Shown piece by piece: positions 19,288 to 28,388 of a stretch of DNA of 64,000 nucleotides. Both the position numbers and the translations under genes were made by a program. This DNA is from a virus: the IMG/VR virus record IMGVR_UViG_3300049324_000053; one strand, 5' to 3'. The notes under the pieces were generated by a model. That model ran no database searches. It saw nothing but the letters and a program-made list of their open reading frames with translations, and had not been told where the DNA came from. How positions within the stretch are numbered: position 1 is the stretch's first letter; each line of letters begins with the position of its first letter.

Positions 19288-19311
19288 GATCCGGCTTCCG
19301 GTGCGCCGATG
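19288..19311 (+). promoter_or_regulatory. Putative late promoter GAT-N14-GCCGATG
   Basis: Exact motif; restarts the structural block after the accessory insert. Confidence 0.7.
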
Positions 19312-19343
19312 ACTGCTGGGAGTGAGAAACGGGAGGCGAGGCC

Positions 19344-19871
19344 ATGCCAGTCGCAGATGTCGTCATGGAAACCTGGCGCGCGGTCACTGAGATGACTGTG
19401 TGGGTGTGGGTGCGTGACGAGCGTAACGGCGGGTTCCGTAAGCAGCGGGTCGGTGGGGGCAATGGTGGATCCCGGGTGCTGCGTATCAGCCATGATGATC
19501 GTCTTTACAATGCCGAGATCACTGCTGAGGAATGCCGGTCCGCCGATCCGTTCAGCAATGGTGCGTTACGTCTTGAGGGTGAATCGGCGTTCGGTGATGT
19601 CGATGTGCGTTATCACTGGACGGATGCTGAGTACGAGAATCTGATCGCGGTGCGTGATGAGGGTCTGTTCCGTGAGCAGGTTGAGGAGATCGGTTCGGAG
19701 CTGGTGTTGCGCCGGCTGCGGTCGCTGACGGAGCGGTCGGGGACGACGGCGCAGAACGAGATCATCACTGAGGTGTTGGCGGTGCGGTATCCGGTCGGTG
19801 GGTCGCAGCGGACATATCTGGAGATGGCCGCGGAACGTGCGCAGGCCCCTGGCATTCCGTTGAGCGCTTGA
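19344..19871 (+). CDS. Conserved-type phage head-module protein, function unknown
   Basis: 175 aa; SD GGGAGG; first structural gene after the capsid block. Confidence 0.7.
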   Translation: MPVADVVMETWRAVTEMTVWVWVRDERNGGFRKQRVGGGNGGSRVLRISHDDRLYNAEITAEECRSADPFSNGALRLEGESAFGDVDVRYHWTDAEYENLIAVRDEGLFREQVEEIGSELVLRRLRSLTERSGTTAQNEIITEVLAVRYPVGGSQRTYLEMAAERAQAPGIPLSA

Positions 19872-19872
19872 T

Positions 19873-20304
19873 ATGAGCGGCTCGAAGAGTGACTATCTGG
19901 AAGCGGCACTGCTGAATCTGGTGCTGGGTGGTACGGCGTGGACGGCGCCGGCGAACGTGTATGTGGCGTTGTCCACGGCCACCTATTCGGACACGGCGAC
20001 GGGCACGTCGATGACTGAGGTGTCCACGACGTCCACCGGTTATGCGCGGGTGTTGCTGACCAACAATGCCACCAACTGGCCGGCGGCGTCGGGGACGAGC
20101 CCGACGACCAAGGCCAATGGTACGACGATCACGTTTCCGACGGCGTCCGGCAGCTGGGGCACGGTGACGTCGTTCTATCTCGTCGACGCGGCCAGCGCCG
20201 GGAACGTGCTGTACGGCGGTGACCTGTCGGCGTCGAAGGCGATCGCTTCCGGGGACACGGCATCGTTCGCCGCGACGACCGGCATCACGATCACGGAGGA
20301 CTGA
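19873..20304 (+). CDS. Small virion fibre/structural subunit; paralog of 6477..6845
   Basis: SDYLEAALLN...YVALST...GYARV...ITFPTASGSWGTVT...GNVLYGGDL pattern. Confidence 0.85.
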   Translation: MSGSKSDYLEAALLNLVLGGTAWTAPANVYVALSTATYSDTATGTSMTEVSTTSTGYARVLLTNNATNWPAASGTSPTTKANGTTITFPTASGSWGTVTSFYLVDAASAGNVLYGGDLSASKAIASGDTASFAATTGITITED

Positions 20305-20307
20305 CCG

Positions 20308-20622
20308 GTGGCTACCAGCTACGAGACGGTGCTCGACGAGGCCGGTTTCACCGCCGACAGCGATCTTGCGTCTCAGCTGTCCGATCATGCGGACGCTGCG
20401 GGGATGCGCAGCAATGGTGCGTACGAGCTGCACGGTGCTTGGAGCAAGGGTGACGTGCGGGTGCATCTGGAGCAGACCACCGCTCCGGATGCGAGCGGCG
20501 GCATGAAGATCATCGTTGAGCATCCGCCGGTACTGATCGTGGTCGCCCCGAATCTGCGGGTCGCGGTCAACCCTGACGACACCGACGCGCTGACCTCGCT
20601 GCTGACCGAGATCGCTTCCTGA
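20308..20622 (+). CDS. Hypothetical protein
   Basis: 104-aa ORF within the operon. Confidence 0.65.
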   Translation: MATSYETVLDEAGFTADSDLASQLSDHADAAGMRSNGAYELHGAWSKGDVRVHLEQTTAPDASGGMKIIVEHPPVLIVVAPNLRVAVNPDDTDALTSLLTEIAS

Positions 20623-20638
20623 CTTCGGGAGGTGCGGC

Positions 20639-21586
20639 ATCAGTAACGAGCGGCGGGCACGGACCAACTTCGTTCTCGGTGTTCTGACCACGGCGGTCGG
20701 TACTACCGACGTGACGCTGGTGGGTGACGCCTTCGCAAATCTGCCGGCCATCGATTCCACCAGCCATGCCGCGATCAGCCTGATCGACACCGTGAACGGC
20801 TGGTACGAGATCGCGACGGTGACGGCGCATACCGCGGCGTCGAGCACGGTGACGGTGCTGCGGGGGCAGGAATCCAGCACCGCGTTGACGTGGGCGGCGG
20901 GCAGCACGTTCGTCGCCGCCCCGACGACGCGCGACTTTCCGGCCGGTCCGGACTATCCGTGGGCCGGGGACACGTTGACGGGTGGCCCGTACGACCAGGA
21001 GTTCGACCGGATCGGTGTGAACTCCACGTTGCCGACGGGCTGGTCGTGGGTGGGGCAGGGCAGCGCCACCTATGAGGAGCAGTACGGCTGGGGGTCGATC
21101 GTCACTCCCGGTTACAGCCCGACGTCCGGTTATCAGCACTGGATGGTGGTGCGCAGCCTGCCGTCCGCGGCGACGTGGACGGCCACCGCGAAGATCGCCG
21201 GTGCGTTTCCGAAGTCGGCGACGGCGGGTGCGGGCAGCAACCCGACGATGCTGCTGCGCGAGAGTACGACGGGCAAGTTCATCACGATCGAACCGCGGCA
21301 GCATCTGTCGGCGCTGTACTCGGTGACGTACACCGGTCCGACGACCGGTGGTGCGGTGCTCACGTCGCCGGCGTGGGTGGCGACCATCGGGCCGCAGTAT
21401 CTGCGGTTCGCGCGGACCGCGACCAGTACCTATGTGCTGTCGGCGTCGATGTCGGGCAGTACGTTCGTCCCGTTCTATACCTGGACGTCGTCGTTTACTC
21501 CCAACCAGGTGGGATTCGGCGCGGCGCAGGAGATCGGGCCGCTCGGGGCGGCGGTCGCGCACTGCGACTGGCTGCGGGTCAGGTGA
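20639..21586 (+). CDS. Putative fibre/minor virion protein; probable ATC start (first canonical start is GTG 20711)
   Basis: TVTVLRGQESSTALTW fibre-base motif; SD GGGAGG just upstream of the in-frame ATC. Confidence 0.65.
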   Translation: MSNERRARTNFVLGVLTTAVGTTDVTLVGDAFANLPAIDSTSHAAISLIDTVNGWYEIATVTAHTAASSTVTVLRGQESSTALTWAAGSTFVAAPTTRDFPAGPDYPWAGDTLTGGPYDQEFDRIGVNSTLPTGWSWVGQGSATYEEQYGWGSIVTPGYSPTSGYQHWMVVRSLPSAATWTATAKIAGAFPKSATAGAGSNPTMLLRESTTGKFITIEPRQHLSALYSVTYTGPTTGGAVLTSPAWVATIGPQYLRFARTATSTYVLSASMSGSTFVPFYTWTSSFTPNQVGFGAAQEIGPLGAAVAHCDWLRVR

Positions 21587-21592
21587 GCTGAC

Positions 21593-22408
21593 GTGCCGAT
21601 CCACTACTACACCGACACCGCGCAACCCACGACGCTGTCCAGTGCGATTCTCGCGACGGGGACCTCGATCATCGTGCCCAGTCTCGTGGGATATCCAGCG
21701 CAGTATCCCTTCACGCTGCGCCTTGATCCGGGCACCAGCAGCGAGGAACTCGTCGATGTCACCGCCGCGCCGACCGGGTCCGGCCCGTACACGCTGACCG
21801 TGACGCGCGGCGTGAACGGCACGACCGCGCTCGCCCACCCCGGCGGAACTGCCGTCACGCTCGGCTGGACCGGCCGGGACGCGACCGAGGCCGCGACGCA
21901 TCAGTACACGCAGCCGCTGCTGAACACCGGCGCCGGTGTGCACGGGCTGCCGACCGGTCAGGCGGTCCTCGGGTACGACAGCAGCTACACGGTGGCCCGT
22001 CCGGACGGTGCGGCATTGTCGACGGTGGCGACGGTGGCGTTGACCAACGTGAATACGATCAATGGATATGTGGTCGCGCCGACCAGCGTTCCGATCACCG
22101 CGTCGAACGGGTGGGTCAATGTTGCCACAGGTTATCGCACCTTACGTTATCAGGGCCCTGATGCGCGTGGCCTGGTCACAGTGGAGGGCTATCTGAAAAG
22201 TGGCACCGTGGCGGCGAACACCACTATCGCGTCCGGACTGCCCAGCCCACAGGCGACAATCATGTTTCTGGGGGTCGCCTGGATCTCGACGACATCCGCT
22301 GCGCCGGCGTTCCTGACTCTCGGTCCTGCCGGCAATATTTCGAACACCGTGGCGATGGCCGCGGGTAGTCAGCTGTTTATCGAGCTGATTTACAGCGTGT
22401 CTGCTTGA
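21593..22408 (+). CDS. Putative fibre/minor virion protein
   Basis: EELVDVTA...LTVTRGVNGTTALAH motif and a fibre-tip-like C-terminus. Confidence 0.7.
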   Translation: MPIHYYTDTAQPTTLSSAILATGTSIIVPSLVGYPAQYPFTLRLDPGTSSEELVDVTAAPTGSGPYTLTVTRGVNGTTALAHPGGTAVTLGWTGRDATEAATHQYTQPLLNTGAGVHGLPTGQAVLGYDSSYTVARPDGAALSTVATVALTNVNTINGYVVAPTSVPITASNGWVNVATGYRTLRYQGPDARGLVTVEGYLKSGTVAANTTIASGLPSPQATIMFLGVAWISTTSAAPAFLTLGPAGNISNTVAMAAGSQLFIELIYSVSA

Positions 22409-22441
22409 CGTTCTGTGTGATCCCTACCGGAAGGTTCCACG

Positions 22442-22759
22442 ATGGCATTCACCGACGAAGCGGCGCTCGCCACCGACGTCACGTTTCGCCAGCGGGTGAC
22501 GATCGCCACTGTTGTGGCCGCGAAGGCGGTCATGGCCGAGGCGTTCGCCGGTCCGGGGCACGAGAATTACCACATCCTGCGCCAGCAGCTTGCTCAAGGT
22601 GTGATGAACACCCCGGCGGCTTACACCGATCGGTTCGCCCTCGCGGTGGCCAGCAACCCGGCTATCGACGCCAATTCCGACGACGGCTCGCTGCAGTTTA
22701 CGGTGAACAGCGTCTGGTCGTTGATGGCCGGTGTGCCTTCATGGCAGGTGCCTTCCTGA
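22442..22759 (+). CDS. Small hypothetical protein (fibre-associated type)
   Basis: 105 aa; FRQRV...DDGSLQFTVNSVW. Confidence 0.7.
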   Translation: MAFTDEAALATDVTFRQRVTIATVVAAKAVMAEAFAGPGHENYHILRQQLAQGVMNTPAAYTDRFALAVASNPAIDANSDDGSLQFTVNSVWSLMAGVPSWQVPS

Positions 22760-22802
22760 CGCGCGTCGTGTTCTGAGGGCAGCGTAAGGCAGGGGGTGTG
22801 GT

Positions 22803-25355
22803 GTGGCGTGGGGTCTTGCGTTCACGCTGCCCGGCGGCCGGTTTCGTACGTCGACATCCCTGCCCGGCTACGCGCTCGCCGGTTACGGTGTCGCCGCCTA
22901 CGCCGACAGTGCGGTACCAGCGGGCAGCAGGACACTTAACGCGCAGGTCACCGCCACCGCCACCACCGCCGCGGCGCTGGGTTTCAGCTGGCAGCTGCAA
23001 GGACAGCCGGCCGCCGGCAGCGCGCAGACCACCGGCCAGCTGGGGTTGCCGCGGCACCTGACGGCCACCGCCGCCGGCGCCGGCGTGGTCACCGCTACCG
23101 GTAGCCGCCGCGTTCAGGTGACCTGCACGGCTGCCGGTCATGCGAGCGTCACGACCGGGGTGTTGCGCCGGGTGCAGACGCTGACCGGGTCGGGCGCCGG
23201 TCATGGTGCGCTCACCGGGACGGCGCGGGTTGCCCGCAGACTCACCGGCACCGCCGCGGCCGGCGCGGGAGTGACCGCTACGGGTGCGGTCGTGCGCCGC
23301 CTGACCGGCGCCGCCATCGGCGTCGCGTCCGGCGCCGCGACGGTCGCCCGTAACCGGGGTCTGAACGGGCATGCGGCCGGTGCCGGGGTGATGTTCGCCG
23401 GACGGTACTTGCAGGCGTATGTGCTGACGTCCTCGTGTGCCGGCGCCGGCAGTGCCGGCGGCGGGCTGTTGCGGTTGCGGCGGACCACGGCGACCGCCGC
23501 GGGGTCGGCGAGTGTTGTCGCCGCTGTGCCCGTCGCGCGCAAGCTGACTGCCGTTCCGGCCGGTCATGTGGCGGTCGCCGCCACCGTCAAGATCGCGGGA
23601 ACGTTCACCGGTAGTAGTGTCGCCGCCGCGATCTTGTCCGCGACTCTTGCCCGCGGCCGTCGTGTCACCGGTGCCGCTGCCGGTATCGCGACAGCGGCCG
23701 CGGTGCCACGCGGCACCATTCCGCTCGCCGCGGTCGTCGCCGGCGCCGGCGTGGTCACCGGCGCCATGACGGCCCGGCGGGTTCTCGTTGCCGTCGTGCA
23801 CGGGGCGAGCAGTGTCGGCGGCGCTGTCCGCCGTCGTTATGCGCTGACCGGTTCGGGTGCCGGCACCGGCGACGGCGCCGGTGTGCTGCTGGCTGGGCTC
23901 GCCACGCTGACCGCTGCTAGTACCGGCAGCGCAGCGACGAGCGCGGTACTGCCCCGTGCCCGGCGTCTGACGGTCGTCAGCGCCGGGTGGACGGTGGCGA
24001 CGGCGCAGGCGTTGCCCGACCGGGGTTTGACCGCCACCGTGACCGCGGCTGCCACCACGAGCAGTGTGCTGACCCAGCTGGTGCCCACGTTCGGGGTGAC
24101 CCGGCTGCTGACCGTGACCAGCGATGGGGCTGCCACGGCCGGTGCGGACGCGGCGGTGGCGGTCCTTGCTGTTCTCGCCGGCGCCGGTGACGGTGCGGCC
24201 ACCGCCGGTGCGGTGGCCACGTTTGCGGTGGCGTTCGCCGCCGGTGGTGCCGGTGTTGCGGCCGGTGGCGGTGACCTGGTCCGGCGGCGGGGTGTGACCG
24301 CTGCGAGCGTCGGTGCCAGCAGTGCCGAGGCTGGGGGGGTTGTCTTCTGGGCGTTGCGCGTGGACAGCGCCGGCGGTGCGGTGTCGGCCGGTTCGATGTC
24401 GGCCGGCCGGGGTTTGGCCGGCGCCGGTGACGGCAGGGGCGTCGTTGCTGCGAGCGTGACTCTGCTGCAGCTGCTGGCCGGGGTGACGGCGGGCGGCGCT
24501 GCGGTTGTTGTGAACGTCGACCGGGATCGGGGGTTGGCCGCGTCGGCTACCGGCATCGGCGACGGCGCCGGTGTGCTGGGTCTGGTGCGGCTGCTGGCCG
24601 GCGCCGGCAACGGTGGCGCTGCTGTTGTTGTGCTGCTGGCAGGTGGTCGTGATGTCACGGCGGCCGCGGACGGCATGTCGAGCGCCGACGGGACGGTTGC
24701 TGTTGTCCGGCTGCTGGCCGCCGCCGCGGCCGGTGCTGCTACGTTCGCCGTCGAATTGGTGAGTGCCCGGGGCCTGGTGGGGGTGTTCACGGCCGGCGCG
24801 GTGGCCGGTGCGCAGCTGGCGGTGCTGCAGCTGCCCAGCGGGTCCGGTGCCGGCGCGGCTGTTGTGGTGGCAGCTGTTCGTGGTGACTGGAGTGTGACTG
24901 GCGCCGGTGGGGGGGCCGGCAGCGGGGCCGGGGTTCTGGTGCTGGGGCTGGCGCTGTTGAACGGCGCCGGCGCTGGTATCGGTCAGGTCGCTGCGGCGGC
25001 AATGGTGGCACTGATCGGCGTCGAAAGTTTCATCGAGGGGTGTTCAACGGTCGTTTGCTGGGTCGAACTGGCGGTGGTGTTCACCGGTGAGCCTGCCGCC
25101 GGGGTCGCTGCCGGCACCGCTGCGGTGATCGGGGTGCTGGCGCTCGCGCCCACCGCGGTGGCGGTCACCTTTGCCGCTGTTCGTATTGCCGGGGTCACTG
25201 TTCTGGCGGCGCTGCTCGGCCTGGCGGTACCCGAACCGGTGCTGCCGCCGGCGCCATCCCCGGTGCCTCGTGCGGCGCCGCAGGTGGCAGCGAGCAGTGT
25301 CGGCGCTGGTGGGGTGGCGGACGTGGTGCATTTTCATGGCGGCCGTGCCCGGTGA
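22803..25355 (+). CDS. Long Ala/Gly/Val/Thr repeat protein (~20-21-aa units), putative fibre scaffold
   Basis: Recurrent RRLTGTAAGAGVVTA-like units. Confidence 0.7.
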   Translation: MAWGLAFTLPGGRFRTSTSLPGYALAGYGVAAYADSAVPAGSRTLNAQVTATATTAAALGFSWQLQGQPAAGSAQTTGQLGLPRHLTATAAGAGVVTATGSRRVQVTCTAAGHASVTTGVLRRVQTLTGSGAGHGALTGTARVARRLTGTAAAGAGVTATGAVVRRLTGAAIGVASGAATVARNRGLNGHAAGAGVMFAGRYLQAYVLTSSCAGAGSAGGGLLRLRRTTATAAGSASVVAAVPVARKLTAVPAGHVAVAATVKIAGTFTGSSVAAAILSATLARGRRVTGAAAGIATAAAVPRGTIPLAAVVAGAGVVTGAMTARRVLVAVVHGASSVGGAVRRRYALTGSGAGTGDGAGVLLAGLATLTAASTGSAATSAVLPRARRLTVVSAGWTVATAQALPDRGLTATVTAAATTSSVLTQLVPTFGVTRLLTVTSDGAATAGADAAVAVLAVLAGAGDGAATAGAVATFAVAFAAGGAGVAAGGGDLVRRRGVTAASVGASSAEAGGVVFWALRVDSAGGAVSAGSMSAGRGLAGAGDGRGVVAASVTLLQLLAGVTAGGAAVVVNVDRDRGLAASATGIGDGAGVLGLVRLLAGAGNGGAAVVVLLAGGRDVTAAADGMSSADGTVAVVRLLAAAAAGAATFAVELVSARGLVGVFTAGAVAGAQLAVLQLPSGSGAGAAVVVAAVRGDWSVTGAGGGAGSGAGVLVLGLALLNGAGAGIGQVAAAAMVALIGVESFIEGCSTVVCWVELAVVFTGEPAAGVAAGTAAVIGVLALAPTAVAVTFAAVRIAGVTVLAALLGLAVPEPVLPPAPSPVPRAAPQVAASSVGAGGVADVVHFHGGRAR

Positions 25356-25364
25356 GCGGGTCTT

Positions 25365-25532
25365 TCACTGCCGGTTCGCGGCACGCTCCCACGGATCGTC
25401 GACCGGATCGTCGATGCCCGCGTCGATGTCGGCTCGCCACTCGCGCCAGTCCTGTGGCGGCAGCGTCGCAAGGAACGCGTTCACGTCCGCGCCGGTCACC
25501 GGTGGCTTGCCGGGCGGGTCGTTCGTCTGCAC
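25365..25532 (-). CDS. Orphan VapB/Phd-like antitoxin C-terminal peptide (55 aa, not in ORF track)
   Basis: MQTNDPPGKPPVTGADVNAFLATLPPQDWREWRADIDAGIDDPVDDPWERAANRQ; TAGGCT 7 nt before GTG. Confidence 0.6.
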   Translation of the reverse strand: MQTNDPPGKPPVTGADVNAFLATLPPQDWREWRADIDAGIDDPVDDPWERAANRQ

Positions 25533-25555
25533 CTTCGTGAGCCTAGCGACGTTCG

Positions 25556-25579
25556 CATCCGGGTGCGGCCCGGTCGATG
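25556..25579 (+). promoter_or_regulatory. Putative late promoter variant CAT-N14-GTCGATG
   Basis: Same spacing as the consensus; GTG 8 nt downstream. Confidence 0.55.
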
Positions 25580-25587
25580 TCTACGGC

Positions 25588-26112
25588 GTGACGGATCTGC
25601 TCGACTACGTGCCGGCGTTGGAGCGTGCTGTCGCCCCGCCGGGCACGTTCGCGGCGACGTTCCCCGCGGCCGGCACCGACGACATGGTCGGTTATCTGCT
25701 TGATGGTCTTGCCGAGGCGCAGATGGACGGGTTCCTGATGGATCCGCGTCTGACGTTCACCCAGGACGGGGTGGTGACACCGGATCTGAGCCCGGGGCAG
25801 GCGGCGCTGGTGACGATGTATGCCGGGTTGCGGCTGCTGCGGGCGACACTGCTCAACCGGGTCGGGTCCACCCGGTACAAGGCCGGGCCGGTGGAGTACG
25901 AGACGTCGACCGGTACGAGCCTGCTGGTGGCGTTGCTGAAGGAAGCTCAGGACCGCCGGGATCGGCTGCTGGTCCGGTTGCAGACGCTCGCGGGAGGGAT
26001 GAGTTTTGCGATGGGCGACCTGTATCTGCTCAAAGCGACCGGCAGTTACGGGGTGGCGATCGCCGAGCTGCCTTCGCTCGGGCAGGTGTACGACCCGATG
26101 ATGGGCGGCTGA
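25588..26112 (+). CDS. Putative head-tail adaptor
   Basis: ~174 aa; RYKAGPVEYET hairpin motif; position. Confidence 0.65.
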   Translation: MTDLLDYVPALERAVAPPGTFAATFPAAGTDDMVGYLLDGLAEAQMDGFLMDPRLTFTQDGVVTPDLSPGQAALVTMYAGLRLLRATLLNRVGSTRYKAGPVEYETSTGTSLLVALLKEAQDRRDRLLVRLQTLAGGMSFAMGDLYLLKATGSYGVAIAELPSLGQVYDPMMGG

Positions 26113-26116
26113 ACCG

Positions 26117-26560
26117 GTGGCGGGCATGGCGCCAGGCGGGTTCGACGCGGCCGCGTTCCGCGCCGGCATTCACACCGCGATGGTCATGGGCACGCCGGTC
26201 GACGATGCGGAAGCGGCGACGTTCTACTTCCCGGCGACCGTGACCTACGACCGGCCCGTCGACGCGGACAACGTGCCGTTCGACCCTGGCGCGCATGCCA
26301 CGAAGGTGGCGCCGGCGTCGGTGCGGGTGCCGGTGGCGGTCGAGTACCGCGACGAGACCGAACAGCTGGTCAACTTCGGGTACGTCACCCCCGCCTATGC
26401 GGTGATCACATTGTTGGACGAGGAGTACGCGCAGGTCGCCGGCTGCGAGTATGTGCTGCTGCGGGGCAGCAAGTTCCGCTACCAGTCGACGGCGTACCCG
26501 GTGGCCCTGTTCGACGTCGGCGTGTACACGATGCACTTCGTGTCCGAGGACACCCGGTGA
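26117..26560 (+). CDS. Putative head closure protein
   Basis: 147-aa beta-rich protein; position. Confidence 0.55.
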   Translation: MAGMAPGGFDAAAFRAGIHTAMVMGTPVDDAEAATFYFPATVTYDRPVDADNVPFDPGAHATKVAPASVRVPVAVEYRDETEQLVNFGYVTPAYAVITLLDEEYAQVAGCEYVLLRGSKFRYQSTAYPVALFDVGVYTMHFVSEDTR

Positions 26561-27102
26561 GCACCCCGCCGGGACCGCTGTTCACGCCGCCGATCGTGCT
26601 GCCGGTGCGGTTTCGTTCCCGGCATGTTGCCCGCACGATTTTTGCGTACCTGTCGCAGCGGCTCACCGAAGCGGGCTGGGTGCACGATCCAGTCAACTTC
26701 GGCGCTACCGCGATCACACTGCAGGAGTCGCCGCCCGAGGATGTCACCACCATCGCCGTGAACACCGTCGCGGTCACGATCGGTGACGAACCGGCTGATC
26801 TTGACGAGCAGCTTGGCGGGGGGTTGGTGAGCGTCGAATATCCGGTGCTCGTCGATGTTTTCGGGGAAAGTTACAGCCTGTCGCAGTCGCTGGCCGCTGA
26901 CGTCAAAGACGCGCTGTCCCGGCGCGTCATCCCTGCGTACGACTGGTCGAACGGTGGTCCGACATTGCTGGACGGATCGCTGATCGAGTTCGTCGACGTG
27001 TCCGGGCCCCGGACCCCGGCCAGCTCGCAGGCCCTCGCGGGAGCGGCACGCCACTGGCGGGTGCTGACCGCGATCGCCTACACCACGTTCGCCCTGCCCT
27101 GA
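26557..27102 (+). CDS. Putative tail terminator/completion protein
   Basis: 181 aa; position before the major tail gene. Confidence 0.55.
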   Translation: MSTPPGPLFTPPIVLPVRFRSRHVARTIFAYLSQRLTEAGWVHDPVNFGATAITLQESPPEDVTTIAVNTVAVTIGDEPADLDEQLGGGLVSVEYPVLVDVFGESYSLSQSLAADVKDALSRRVIPAYDWSNGGPTLLDGSLIEFVDVSGPRTPASSQALAGAARHWRVLTAIAYTTFALP

Positions 27103-27116
27103 CGAAAGGCACCTTC

Positions 27117-27419
27117 ATGGACGGCGACAACACTCTCGCGCGGGCGCTGCTCGGCCAGCAGCGTAAACGGCTGCTCGCGTCCACCCTCGGTGCTGCTGAG
27201 ACGGCGCCCTGGTGGGGCACGCTGACGCCTGAGCAGCGTGGCACGTTCCGCGACAAGGTGCTCGCGTCGGTGAACACCTATTACGAGTTCTGCCTGGACC
27301 TGATCGCGTCCGGTGGTGATGTGCTGCGCAGCGACGACACGCTCGCGCTGCTGCAGACCATTCACGCCTCTCAGCTGCGTGTCGAACGTGGCGTCGAAAG
27401 CAACGGAGTGCGCCGGTGA
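27117..27419 (+). CDS. Hypothetical protein
   Basis: 100-aa helical ORF within the operon. Confidence 0.7.
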   Translation: MDGDNTLARALLGQQRKRLLASTLGAAETAPWWGTLTPEQRGTFRDKVLASVNTYYEFCLDLIASGGDVLRSDDTLALLQTIHASQLRVERGVESNGVRR

Positions 27420-28315
27420 GCCCGGATCGTGATTACAGCGCCAGGCAGTACGGCGGCCTTACGGTAAAAGTGTTCGCCGACGCGGAGCGGGCGAAGATCC
27501 GTAATGCGCGTGGCTGGTTCTCCTCGATGAGCCAGCAGGTCGTTCCGGCGCACGAGAAGATGGCCGAATCGCTGGCCAAGGCCATCGCTGCGGAGCTGAC
27601 TCGCCGCGTCGAAGGTGGTGGTCGGGCACAGGTGACCCGCAACCGGCACGGGCAGTCGCTCGCCGAGCTGATCTGTAACCCGGCGAACCGCATCATCAAG
27701 CAGGACAGTTTCCAGGTCATGATCCCGCAGTTTCTGAACGAGGGGCCGGCGCGGGGGTACTGGAAAGGGCTGGAAGTCGGTTCCGATGCGCACGTCGGGC
27801 AGACGTTCCCCGGATACTTCCTGGCTGCCGGGTCCTGGCACCGGCAGGGGCCTCGAAGCGAGCATCACGATCCGATCCTGGTGCGCGTCAAGGCCGGCAC
27901 GACCGGCAAGAAGTTGTCCGGGGAGGATCGTGCCTCGCTCAAGCGTGGTGAGTGGGGCCAGGTGCGTTCATGGGGCAAGGCGCCGCAGGTCGGCCATGCG
28001 CAGGGGGCGGGTCCGGGACGTGCGCGTGGCGCCCGGGGGGAACCGATCGCGACGCCCGCCGGCGAGCAGCTGCGCCGCGGCGGCGGCACACCGGCGCGTG
28101 GCCGCCCCGGGTCGAAGTCCACGACGGTGACCGGCGCCCGGGTGTGGGAGATCACGATTCGTAACCGGATCCGGCCGTACGAGTACATCGCCACCGGGGC
28201 GCGCAACTGGAACAACGCGCGGACCTGGGAGCCGATTTTGCAGGATGCGCTGGATCTTGCGAAGTTGCGGGCGCTGGGTATCGAGCCGCGGTTCAGCCAT
28301 AAGCCGCTCGGCTGA
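27416..28315 (+). CDS. Putative neck/tail completion protein with a basic Gly/Arg insertion
   Basis: YWKGLEVGS motif reminiscent of HK97 gp10-like proteins; position. Confidence 0.55.
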   Translation: MSPDRDYSARQYGGLTVKVFADAERAKIRNARGWFSSMSQQVVPAHEKMAESLAKAIAAELTRRVEGGGRAQVTRNRHGQSLAELICNPANRIIKQDSFQVMIPQFLNEGPARGYWKGLEVGSDAHVGQTFPGYFLAAGSWHRQGPRSEHHDPILVRVKAGTTGKKLSGEDRASLKRGEWGQVRSWGKAPQVGHAQGAGPGRARGARGEPIATPAGEQLRRGGGTPARGRPGSKSTTVTGARVWEITIRNRIRPYEYIATGARNWNNARTWEPILQDALDLAKLRALGIEPRFSHKPLG

Positions 28316-28339
28316 CCGCATGCGCTGACACGCCGGTGA

Positions 28340-28363
28340 GATACGGCCGCTGCTGCGCCGATG
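28340..28363 (+). promoter_or_regulatory. Putative late promoter GAT-N14-GCCGATG
   Basis: Exact motif upstream of the major tail gene. Confidence 0.7.
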
Positions 28364-28388
28364 TTCTTGGCACAGGCCGATACCGGAG

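Noticed and set aside
9157-25355. Diversity-generating retroelement or invertible fibre-switching locus
   Set aside because: No reverse transcriptase, invertase, or TR/VR repeat pair seen in the window
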